Part shown: one piece after another, positions 30,801 to 39,536 of the stretch
Layout of the letters: each line of letters begins with the position of its first letter
Numbering within the stretch: the first letter of the stretch is position 1
Assembly: GCA_019058445.1 (NCBI GenBank)
Contig: JAHPZA010000005.1
Span: 52,276-116,275, forward strand
DNA length: 64,000 nt
Source: Promethearchaeota archaeon
GTDB lineage: Archaea > Asgardarchaeota > Lokiarchaeia > Sigyniarchaeales > SOKP01
Direction: 5' to 3'
Notes under the pieces: generated by a model
The model's database searches: none
What the model was told of the DNA's origin: nothing
What the model saw: the letters and a program-made list of their open reading frames with translations, nothing else
Position numbers and translations under genes: made by a program

Positions 30801-33188
30801 ACATTGTATTATTCGATTATCTTGATCAAGGAGAATAACAGAATCACTCATTGCATTGAAAGTTGTAGACCAATGATTAACTGCTTGCTGCAAGGCAATT
30901 TCCGCCCTCTTTCGCTCTGTAATATTTTGAATAATAAATTGAAGCACTTTTTTATTATTGAGTTCGATTAAAGTGCCTTCAATATGAAGCCATAGATTTT
31001 CATCTCTGGATCTGAAAAGTTCGAATTCGTAAGGATCTACTTTATTTCCCTTGATTGCCTCTTTAAATAATTTTGAAAAAATTGGGATAAGGTATCTGTT
31101 TTTTTCATTTAAAGAGAGAATTTCTCTAAAACTTTTCCCTACCACATTTTCCCTGCTGTGAAATGACATAAACTCATTAATAGTCATATTACAATCTATT
31201 AAATTTCCGTTCATATCAACTAATCCTATAAAGAACGGGGAATTATTGAATAAATGGCGATATTTTTTCTCTGATTCTTTTAGTTTTTGTTCATTTACAA
31301 TCCTGTCAGTTATATCATTCACTACATTCAACAGATAAGGTTTGCCATTAAGATTAATTATATTAACAGAAAATAGACCGCATTTAACTTTTCCTTCTTT
31401 TGTTCTATATTCAATCAGCTTATTAGTTACCTTTCCCTCCTCTTTAATAGTTTGTAGCATTAAATCTCTTTGGCTTCTGTCAACCCATAAATCTAATTCT
31501 TTAGTTGTCTTGTCGATGACTTCCTCCCTTTCAAAGCCAAGATCGTTTAAACAAACATTATTAGCTTCGATAATCCGTCCTTCTTCAATTGTAGTGATAG
31601 ACATTGATATTACACTACTGTTAAATGCAGTTCTAAATTTAGCCTCGGATTCTTTTAATTTTTGTTCAACAGACTTACGCTCATTAATATCTCTGGCTAT
31701 TGATAAGATTTTTTTGGAGCCTTTACTATCATAAAAAATTTTGCCTCCAAATTCAAACCATTTATATTGACCATTTTTTTCTTTAAATCTTGCTTGATAT
31801 GAACCATAACCTCTTTTTAGGTTCTTCAGAGTCGAACGGATAGCATGTCTTCGATCTTCAGGATGGAGAAATGGCAAATGAGTTTGACCAATTAAATCCT
31901 CCTTATCATATCCTAATAAGCGTTTGTGTACGTTTTCATTAATATATTCAAATTCGAAGTTATCATTCAATACCCTAATTAAGTCATTAGCACTTTCAGT
32001 GATTAATCGATATCTTTCTTCAGATTCTCTTAATCTCTCTTCCGCGATTTTCTTATCAGTAATGTCTATAAACGTATTTAAAAAGGCACGTCTACCTTTA
32101 TATTCTATAGCTTTAAACCAAACTTCCACCCATAAAACTTGACCATTTTTATGAATACCACGGACAATATAATTTCTTATACCTGAGGGAAATTCATCAT
32201 CTCTCAATTCTGCTTGTTCTATAACCATTTGTCTATCCTCAGGATGTATAGTTTTAAAAAATTCACCAGGCTGCCAACTTAAAATCTCTTCTGTAGTATA
32301 TCCTAATGAATCTGCAAGTTGTTGGTTAAGGTATTTTATACGATTATCTTGGATTATGCATATACCCATTAACCATTGCTCTGCAATAGTTCTAAACATC
32401 TCTTCAGATTCTTTTAATCTTTGCTCAGTATTCTTCCGATCAGTTATCTCCCTTGCGATTCCTAATCCTTTCCAATTTCCCTTGCTATCCTTAAACCTCT
32501 TGGCTCTAATATCAAACCAGACATAATGACCATCTTTATGTCTTAATCTACCCTCTCGAAAAGCTTCTCCTTTATCAGCAATTTGTCTTACAAATTTTAT
32601 CCCTTCTGTTTTTTCATCTGGATGTCGTAATTTTGAAGTGAAACTTCCAAATAAGTCCTCAGAAGTATATCCTAATGTTTTTAAATGTGCTGATTCGTTT
32701 AAATATTCAATTTTACTTCTATCATTCAAGATCCGAATGAGATCATTCGTATTTTCAGTTATCCATTGAAATTTTTCTTCAGCCCCATTTAACTTTTCCT
32801 TTAAATCCTCCTGCTTATTGACATTTTTTGTAATTATTAGGAATTTTAGGTCTCCATTCTGATCTAGAAAGATTTTCCTTTTGAATTCATACAGAAAATA
32901 TTTATTCCTTTGATCTTTAATTCTTAATTTCACAATATCATTATTCTCTTCATGGTTACTATTAAAAATAGTATTAGCTCTTTCTTGATCTTTCCAATGA
33001 ATAAGCTCTAATGGATTATTTCCTATCAAATCCGCTGATAAATAGCCCAATAATTCCTTAAAAACATTTTCATTAATATATTCTATGTCTAAGTTCTTAT
33101 TTAAAATAAAAATTAAATCATTGGTATTATTTAAAATGAATTGAAACTTATCTTCAAAATTATTTAACTTTTGGTATGTTTCCGTAAT
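27867..33188 (-). CDS. Giant soluble sensor histidine kinase with ~12 PAS domains; N-terminus extended beyond the ORF-track start (33050)
   Basis: H-box FAHDINN, NLLNNAVKY, DNGIG, GMGVGL; the frame stays open upstream of 33050 and completes the first PAS domain (FILNNTNDLIFILNKNLDIEYINE). Confidence 0.9.
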   Translation of the reverse strand: MTETYQKLNNFEDKFQFILNNTNDLIFILNKNLDIEYINENVFKELLGYLSADLIGNNPLELIHWKDQERANTIFNSNHEENNDIVKLRIKDQRNKYFLYEFKRKIFLDQNGDLKFLIITKNVNKQEDLKEKLNGAEEKFQWITENTNDLIRILNDRSKIEYLNESAHLKTLGYTSEDLFGSFTSKLRHPDEKTEGIKFVRQIADKGEAFREGRLRHKDGHYVWFDIRAKRFKDSKGNWKGLGIAREITDRKNTEQRLKESEEMFRTIAEQWLMGICIIQDNRIKYLNQQLADSLGYTTEEILSWQPGEFFKTIHPEDRQMVIEQAELRDDEFPSGIRNYIVRGIHKNGQVLWVEVWFKAIEYKGRRAFLNTFIDITDKKIAEERLRESEERYRLITESANDLIRVLNDNFEFEYINENVHKRLLGYDKEDLIGQTHLPFLHPEDRRHAIRSTLKNLKRGYGSYQARFKEKNGQYKWFEFGGKIFYDSKGSKKILSIARDINERKSVEQKLKESEAKFRTAFNSSVISMSITTIEEGRIIEANNVCLNDLGFEREEVIDKTTKELDLWVDRSQRDLMLQTIKEEGKVTNKLIEYRTKEGKVKCGLFSVNIINLNGKPYLLNVVNDITDRIVNEQKLKESEKKYRHLFNNSPFFIGLVDMNGNLIDCNMTINEFMSFHSRENVVGKSFREILSLNEKNRYLIPIFSKLFKEAIKGNKVDPYEFELFRSRDENLWLHIEGTLIELNNKKVLQFIIQNITERKRAEIALQQAVNHWSTTFNAMSDSVILLDQDNRIIQCNRATLEILGKSNYQQIIGRTCWDVVYGTSTPVDWCPVMFMKKSGQTESSIAQIGDKWLRFSANPILNDKNCIIGAVHVISDITEQKLAEEKYKDLVNSISDLLLEVDLKGKFTYASPQLYDIFGFTFEEIRGKRIHKFIHPKDLPRVAKVLKESYDTKKNLTVEYRTLHKDGHYVYCSARGAYMENGRFYGVVRDISERKLAEIKLKESEKRYRLITDNSKESVFIMDMNLKQTFASPASYDMLGYSPEELKGLSIQKTTTPESIKIIAEIFKEELAIEKQADKDLTRSRRFEIQQIHKNGKIIDVEVSATFLRDDDNTAIGIIGLSRDISARKKAERKLQESEERYRFLFEKSPFIIILLNSKGIIVDCNSKVEDFGYVREELIGRKYFIQNIIDQKFIPILLERLRRILEGEPLPPIDVELIKKDGSKFWGSINSSLINIAGTIYIQTLIEDCTSRIEAEQKLSASEERLRLITENANDVIWTVDMNLSFTYISPTCLKVLGYTDKETLDLGFQKFTTPNSIKILIEAFKEELELEKRGTENQDRVRKIEIQQIHKNGTIVDVELILTWLRDENEKAIGIIGITRDVSERKEAERKLKESEERYRLLSENANDVIWTTDMNLNLTYVSPSTQNASGYTVEEMLNMKIDQYHTPTSCKFLVEQFKEELKIERRKDKDLNRIRVFEVEQIHKNGSIINKEIVVTFLRDENQKAIGVLGVTRDVTEKKEAEKKLKESEKKFRKAYKRANYYKDLFAHDINNILQTINSSAELIKYHLSESEKIRDVNAITSIIKKQVMRGAKLITNIHTLSNLEEEDIPIEPIEINNLLKNSIEFIKNVYTNKKFDTQVDSFKESITVKANYLVQDVFDNLLNNAVKYNSNENVEISIKISKKLIEEIGYIKMEFLDNGIGVADERKDLIFKRYERAHKGGKGMGVGLSLIKKIIKKYNGKIWVEDKIKGDYTKGSNFVILIPEAIRN

Positions 33189-33318
33189 ATTTATCCCCTT
33201 GGGTATCTATAAGTAAAAGAAAGTGAAATTCTCTTAAGTATACAAACTTGGATAAATATTTAAGTCCTTAGTTATTTTAGGTTTTTAATGTTGGTAGAAC
33301 GTTCAAATGCTAAGAACT

Positions 33319-33939
33319 TCACCATTCAGAGAAATGTTTCTCTTCAGAATAATCTCGCTTTAGGGGTTTTCCCGTAAGCATCGTATAATACCTAAACATA
33401 GCAGATTGTTCTGCTCCCGTAACATTTTGGAGCGCATCATATAAAGTATTTCCTTTAGCAAACACCCCATGGGCTCTGACAACTGCTATAGGGTAATTCT
33501 TAAGAACTTTTGGCACTTCTCTCGCTGCATCTGTGGGACCAGCTGGATTATCTACCTCGATAATAGGTATTTTACGATACATATAAATTCCCTCCGCATC
33601 TAAACAGGTTATTTCATCTTCGATAAGTGAGAGGATGACACAAAAAGGATTATGAGCATGAATTACTGCCATAGCATCTGTATTCAAATAGATTTGCCTG
33701 TGTACGTCAGTTTCCGTGCTCGATAACATTATACCAGAATCTGCCTGATATAAATCCGTTTCAATAATATCTTCTGGTTCTAAAAAGCCTAACATAGCGC
33801 CTCTACGTTTAATAAGAATCTTGCCCCCCGCTCTCATCGAAATATTACCCGAATGACTGGTGTTATATCTATGATCCGTTAACACTTTCCCTACAATTTT
33901 AAATTGTTTATAGGTTTCTTGATCAATCACATATATCAC
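33319..33939 (-). CDS. Class II aldolase/adducin family (fuculose-1-phosphate aldolase-like)
   Basis: SGNISMR, SSTE..VH..IY, AVIHAH, AHGV metal ligands. Confidence 0.9.
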   Translation of the reverse strand: MIYVIDQETYKQFKIVGKVLTDHRYNTSHSGNISMRAGGKILIKRRGAMLGFLEPEDIIETDLYQADSGIMLSSTETDVHRQIYLNTDAMAVIHAHNPFCVILSLIEDEITCLDAEGIYMYRKIPIIEVDNPAGPTDAAREVPKVLKNYPIAVVRAHGVFAKGNTLYDALQNVTGAEQSAMFRYYTMLTGKPLKRDYSEEKHFSEW

Positions 33940-33982
33940 AGTTTTTTTTCTTTCTGATTATTCTAATTGTAATTAAAAAATA

Positions 33983-34900
33983 TTATAAAAACTTATTTAT
34001 AATTTGAGTTTTAGTTTCAAGACTGATATGGTGTACTAGAGCACCTAATTCAGGTACGACAACCAATTTACCATGATTTAGAGTCCTAAGTCCATTTAAA
34101 CAGTTCCATAGTCCATATTTATCATCATCCTCAGTTCCTAATGCTTCCGTATATTTACCTCCAGCTAAAAGATACCCTCCAAGACCTCCCAAAGCGGGCC
34201 ATCTTTTCAATGCTTTTTCAAAATCCTTTTCTAATAACGCATTCATGATCTCAACTTTTTTCATGTCACAAGCTCCCAAAGCGGCTCCTAAGCTATGCTC
34301 AGCATGAGACGCGTGCCCTGCAGATAATAATAATTTGGTATAAAAATCTGCTAAATCCTCAGCATTGTTATATCCTAATTGAGACTTTTTTTTCTCAATT
34401 GTTTCATTTGCGAGTATTTTCACTTCTTCTAAAACTCGAACCGCATTTTTTCTTGAGACATGTGCAGTTATGCCAACGAATTTTTTTAAATCTAATTCTT
34501 TTTGGATTTCTTTTTGACATTTACGTTCTAAAAGATTCCCATTTCCTCCGTGACCGGTGATTAACATAACTAATTCTGCTTCTTCTCCTCTGTTTCGAAT
34601 AATATCAATAAAATAACGCATGAAATCAACTGATTTTGTATATAATTCTTCCCAGGGGATGTAATAGGGAGCCCAATCTCTTGCTACATCTCCACAGCGA
34701 TCAGTAGTATAAGGAATATGAGCAACATAACGCTGTCCCGTATGAATCTCTAGCTCAGAGGCGGCATGTTTAGCATGGAGATCATCGATATTTTTCGTTA
34801 ATGCAAATCCGTGTCTTTCATAAGGATTGCCAATAGAAAAAAGCAACCATTTTGATTCCTTTGCTTCAAATGGTCCTAAATTATCCATTTTTTCTGACAT
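33983..34900 (-). CDS. Creatininase/ArfB-family amidohydrolase
   Basis: G..ERHG.AL....D, ITGHGGN, GHA...E.S motifs. Confidence 0.75.
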   Translation of the reverse strand: MSEKMDNLGPFEAKESKWLLFSIGNPYERHGFALTKNIDDLHAKHAASELEIHTGQRYVAHIPYTTDRCGDVARDWAPYYIPWEELYTKSVDFMRYFIDIIRNRGEEAELVMLITGHGGNGNLLERKCQKEIQKELDLKKFVGITAHVSRKNAVRVLEEVKILANETIEKKKSQLGYNNAEDLADFYTKLLLSAGHASHAEHSLGAALGACDMKKVEIMNALLEKDFEKALKRWPALGGLGGYLLAGGKYTEALGTEDDDKYGLWNCLNGLRTLNHGKLVVVPELGALVHHISLETKTQIINKFL

Positions 34901-35011
34901 TTTTCTTACCCCATAGTGTTATATTTAGGTTTATCTCTTTTAAAAGTTAATTTTTTCCTTTAAGATTTAAATTTTTTCTGTACAACTCATACACTCTTCA
35001 TAATAATGATC

Positions 35012-36820
35012 TCAATCCAGCCTTTTAAGAGATAATCTTTCTAATAGCTCATCAGTAGGTATTCCATTCTCATTCCAATTTCTAACTTTATAATATTCTT
35101 GCAATAAATCTTTAAGTGGCACAACCCTGTTTTTAGATGCCCCTTCTTGTAAGGGATTTTCTAAAAATCTCTTTGGAAGTGAATCCTTCTTGCTTGAAAA
35201 ACCTTCTCTTATATTAAAAAGCCTTTCTAAAGTAAAAATTCTTTCACCAATGGTTATTAGATCCGTTATAGAGATTTTTTTATCTAAAATAATGCTTAAA
35301 AATCTAGCTTGAAATTCAAAGCCTAATGCATATCCCACAAACTTACAAACTACTAATGAATCTTCTACGGCACTTTGATTTTGTTTTAAATATAATAAAT
35401 CTGATTTGCCTCGAACAGAAAACCTATCGATTTTTTTAGGGGCTCCTAAAACCTCTAATGCAACTAAAAATCCCGTTAAATGACAAGCTCCGCGTGAACT
35501 AACAGCGTAATTTAATGCATGACCAAATGCTCCTCGGGGATCATATGCTGGAATTTCCATCCCCTTTACTTGCATAGCATAAGATTCTCCATTATACTTT
35601 TTGGATAATCTTAGTGAGCCCTCTGCTAAATCTGAGCCAATCTCTTGTTTTAATGCGATTTTTTCTATTAAATCACATAATACTTCATTATTTCCAAATT
35701 TTAAAGAAGATTCATTCAATAAACCACATTGCGAAAGTTCCATACCACATGCAATAGTAGAACCAGTTGATATAGTGTCCAAACCATAATCATTACATAA
35801 ATAATTTGCGTGGGTAATCGTTTTTAAATCAAATATTCCTGTTGAGGGTCCTAGAGCCCATAAAGATTCATATTCAGGTCCTTTCCCTTTTTTTTCACCC
35901 GTATTTGTCATTCTCCCGCATCGAATAATACAATTATAACAACCCTCGTTACCTTCTAAATACTTTTCTCTTAATGCCTCTCCACTAACTAAATCGATCT
36001 TATTTGACTCAGTATATGCAGCCTGGAAATTCTTAACGGGAAACATACCGAATTGATTAATAACCTTGACTAACGCGGCAGTTCCAAACAACGCTAAGCC
36101 CTGTGAAGTTATAGGTACTACTTTTATCTTGTCAATCGCATTAATTCTTAATTTTTTGAGGTGTTCCTTATTTTTTACTTCAAATTCTTTATTTCCACTC
36201 TTCACAACAATTGCCTTCAGATTTTTTGAACCCATTACAGCACCTACTCCTCCCCGTCCAAATGCTCTGTTCGCTTGATTCATAATAGAGGAAATTCTCA
36301 CTAAATTCTCACCAGCGGGACCAATACACAGTATTTGACAGTTTTTACCCTCAATTTTCTGAATTTCGGTTAAGGCATCAGATGTCTTCAGACCCCATAA
36401 ATTCTTAGCATCTTTAATTTCTATTTTATCATAACCATCAATTAAAAGATAACCTTCATTATCAGATGATAACTTTCCTGTAATATTTAAACAATCATAA
36501 CCACATTTTTTAAAGAAGGGTCCCCAAAATCCACCAGAATTAGAATGAAAGATAGTATTAGTCAATGGAGATTTGGTAACTAAAGAAAACCTCCCGCTAG
36601 TAGGTGCTACACTCCCTGTCAGTGGACCAATCGAAAATATTAACACATTTTCACCTGATAATGGATCAATATTTTTAGGTACAGAATCCGTAAATAATTT
36701 TATCCCTAATCCTCTGCCCCCAAGATAGTTCTCTAAAATTTCCTCGTCTATATCTTCTTCAACGATTTTTTCTGAACTTAAGTTGATTTTGAGAACTTTA
36801 CTGTTCATTCCATATGGCAT
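35012..36820 (-). CDS. aor: Tungsten-dependent aldehyde:ferredoxin oxidoreductase family
   Basis: YLGGRGLG, KSPLT, IGPAGENL, GRGG.GAVMGSKNLKA, C..C...C, GPEYE, GLDTIS, YDPRG, RGACH. Confidence 0.95.
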   Translation of the reverse strand: MPYGMNSKVLKINLSSEKIVEEDIDEEILENYLGGRGLGIKLFTDSVPKNIDPLSGENVLIFSIGPLTGSVAPTSGRFSLVTKSPLTNTIFHSNSGGFWGPFFKKCGYDCLNITGKLSSDNEGYLLIDGYDKIEIKDAKNLWGLKTSDALTEIQKIEGKNCQILCIGPAGENLVRISSIMNQANRAFGRGGVGAVMGSKNLKAIVVKSGNKEFEVKNKEHLKKLRINAIDKIKVVPITSQGLALFGTAALVKVINQFGMFPVKNFQAAYTESNKIDLVSGEALREKYLEGNEGCYNCIIRCGRMTNTGEKKGKGPEYESLWALGPSTGIFDLKTITHANYLCNDYGLDTISTGSTIACGMELSQCGLLNESSLKFGNNEVLCDLIEKIALKQEIGSDLAEGSLRLSKKYNGESYAMQVKGMEIPAYDPRGAFGHALNYAVSSRGACHLTGFLVALEVLGAPKKIDRFSVRGKSDLLYLKQNQSAVEDSLVVCKFVGYALGFEFQARFLSIILDKKISITDLITIGERIFTLERLFNIREGFSSKKDSLPKRFLENPLQEGASKNRVVPLKDLLQEYYKVRNWNENGIPTDELLERLSLKRLD

Positions 36821-36951
36821 TTTTCAGCTATTTTCTAATTATATTATTAAAAAGAATAAATAAAATAAGCTAAAAAAAAATAAAAGATTTCACAAAACAA
36901 TGTAAATAAAAAAAAATGGAATAAATTTGTTTATTACTTTTATTAAGAGGC

Positions 36952-37380
36952 TTAACCTTCGTCCATTTCTTGTAAGGTTTCTGCGGCGAATGCTAAATAT
37001 TCTCCATAAGCCATAGTGTCCTGTAAGTTGCCTTCGATCTTCAAGTCGCCAGACATGTAGGCGCTTGTACCGTCAACTTCCCCGGACATTAAGCCACCCA
37101 TGGTCTCCCAGTTTGCGGACATGGTGAATGATGGATCTTCAGCGTCGCCTTCGCCGTAGTCAAAGGCACCATCGCCAATTTTTACCCACCATTTAAATCC
37201 TTTATCCTCAACAACCATCTGACCTATAAATTGATCAATATCTTCTAATTCTTCCTTTAAATCATCAACCTCGGCAGATGCTTGTTTCATAAGTTCGAAA
37301 ATTTTCAAGACGTCTTTAGGATCGCTCATTCCTTCATCTCGTAATTTTCTAACTTCATTTGCTAATGCTTCGTCAACCAT
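36952..37380 (-). CDS. SCP2 sterol/lipid-binding domain protein
   Basis: WWVKI.DG....GEG....P.FT....GEVDGTSAYMSGDLKIEGNL (SCP2 signature). Confidence 0.9.
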   Translation of the reverse strand: MVDEALANEVRKLRDEGMSDPKDVLKIFELMKQASAEVDDLKEELEDIDQFIGQMVVEDKGFKWWVKIGDGAFDYGEGDAEDPSFTMSANWETMGGLMSGEVDGTSAYMSGDLKIEGNLQDTMAYGEYLAFAAETLQEMDEG

Positions 37381-37721
37381 TTTTAATTTCGACCTATTTT
37401 TCTGTTATTTTATTATTAATGTTAAATATTAATCAATATCGATTAATGCATAATTTAAGGTTTTTAATATTTTAAAAACTTTCATTTTTGCATTTTTAAA
37501 ATTAAGACTCATCTTAATTATCAATATTAATTAAATAAATAAATGATTAAGTCACATAAAAAGCTTTTATTTCTCCATCTTACAAAAAAGAAAATTGCGC
37601 ACAAAAATAGAGAGTTTTTAAAATTTAATTATACTTTTTTGAGAAACTGAGAGTTTTTTTTTGTATTATTAGAATAGATTTAACGAAAAAGTTATATTTA
37701 TTTTCATTTTAAGTATTTAAC

Positions 37722-39509
37722 ATGGATGATATCTTAATTAAAAACACGAAAATTATTGATGGAACGGGAAGACCGGCATTTATTGGTAATATTGCTATTA
37801 AGGACTCAAAAATAATGTCTACTGACAGTTCAAGTGGGTCTGCAGATATAGTAATTGATGGAGCAGGGTTTATTACATGCCCGGGATTTATTGATCCACA
37901 TAGCCATCCCGATTTAACGTTTTCCATTTTACCATTATGTCATAATTATATCATGCAAGGAATAACTACTGTAGTAGGCGGGAACTGCGGATTAGCTCAA
38001 GCACCAACAGTAAAGAGAGAAGCTACTTCAGAAGAAAAGAAAATTGGAATTGAAAGTTTTCAAGGATCAAATAAAGATTTGAGTTTTAGTCGCTGGTTGA
38101 CAAAGCTCGAAAGAAGGGGGATTTCTGTAAATTATATTCCATTAGTTGGGCACAATACCATTCGAAGCGCAGTTATGGGAGAAGATTTTAAGAGGCATTC
38201 AAAAATAGATGAAATAGAGGCTATGAAAGAACTAGTAGAAAAAGGTATGCGTGCGGGTGCATTTGGATTCTCTACAGGATTGGATTATGATCCGTCTGAA
38301 TATTCAAATACAGAAGAAGTAATTGAATTAGCCAAAGTGGCAAAAAAGTATGGTGGCATCTATGCATCCCATCTTCGGCATTGCCAAAGCCAATGGGCTA
38401 CTAGTGATCCCAATCTATATGGATATGGCGTGTTTCATGGAGAAATTGAAGAAGCGTGGGTTGGAAAATATCAAGGATTAATGGAAATTCTTGAAATTGG
38501 AAAAAAAGCTAATATTGCAGTGCATTTTTCCCATATTTACACGGTATATCTTACACCTCAACCGCATCCTGATTTCTTAGATGAAGCGACAGCAAAAGCA
38601 ACATTATGGCTGATTGATAAAGCAAAAGAGGATGGAATAGATATTACTTTCGATGTAATTGTGTCAGATACGAGTATAGCTCCTTCAAATATGATAATCA
38701 ATGAATTTGTCTTATCCCGTCTACACAAACTCCAATGGCTAAGAAATATAGAAAAAGATGTATTCGTAAAACTAATTAAAAATCGGGATTTTCGTGAAAA
38801 GATTAAAGATCTTTCTCGTGAAGGGTATCTTAAGTTGGGAATGGTTAATACAAAATCAGATCCGTATTGGATGAATAAGTTTAAAATTACAGCTTGTAAG
38901 AACGAAGATTATTTAGATAAAACCATTGGTGAAATTGCTGCGAGTTTATACAAGGATTCACTTGATTTGGTTTTCGATTTAATAATCGAAGATCCTGAAA
39001 CTGAATGGATTCAGTTTACCGATGATAGAGCAATAACTTATCTAACTTTACCTGTTTATCTCTCACATCCTTTATGTATACCCTGTACTGATATGGTATC
39101 CTTGCCACCAGTGGATCTTTCAATGGACAAATTAAAATCCGTTGGAACTGGAGTTCCTGAAGAATTTCTCAATTCAATAAATGTTCCCCATTTTTATGGA
39201 ATGTATGCAAGTTATATTGGTAGATTTGTCAGAGATAAGGGAGTATTGACCCTTGAAGAAGCGATTAGAAAAGCTACGTCTTTTGTCGCCCAGCGCTTTG
39301 GCTTGAAAGATCGGGGATTAATTAAACCTAATTATTATGCTGATATCTTGATTTTCAATTATGAAACGATTAAAATGAATGGAACGTTACGCAACCCCCG
39401 TCAAGCACCTGAAGGAATAGAATATGTTCTGGTTAATGGGAACATCACCTATAAAGACAATGAACATACAGGCATAAAAGCAGGCAAGATCCTTAGACAT
39501 CAATTCTAA
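37722..39509 (+). CDS. N-acyl-D-amino-acid deacylase (amidohydrolase 3 family)
   Basis: IIDGTG, PGFIDPHSH, GITTVVGGNCG, GAFGFSTGL.Y.P, YASHLR, LEEAIRKATS. Confidence 0.92.
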   Translation: MDDILIKNTKIIDGTGRPAFIGNIAIKDSKIMSTDSSSGSADIVIDGAGFITCPGFIDPHSHPDLTFSILPLCHNYIMQGITTVVGGNCGLAQAPTVKREATSEEKKIGIESFQGSNKDLSFSRWLTKLERRGISVNYIPLVGHNTIRSAVMGEDFKRHSKIDEIEAMKELVEKGMRAGAFGFSTGLDYDPSEYSNTEEVIELAKVAKKYGGIYASHLRHCQSQWATSDPNLYGYGVFHGEIEEAWVGKYQGLMEILEIGKKANIAVHFSHIYTVYLTPQPHPDFLDEATAKATLWLIDKAKEDGIDITFDVIVSDTSIAPSNMIINEFVLSRLHKLQWLRNIEKDVFVKLIKNRDFREKIKDLSREGYLKLGMVNTKSDPYWMNKFKITACKNEDYLDKTIGEIAASLYKDSLDLVFDLIIEDPETEWIQFTDDRAITYLTLPVYLSHPLCIPCTDMVSLPPVDLSMDKLKSVGTGVPEEFLNSINVPHFYGMYASYIGRFVRDKGVLTLEEAIRKATSFVAQRFGLKDRGLIKPNYYADILIFNYETIKMNGTLRNPRQAPEGIEYVLVNGNITYKDNEHTGIKAGKILRHQF

Positions 39510-39536
39510 TTCAGAACTTACTGAATCCAATCTTAT

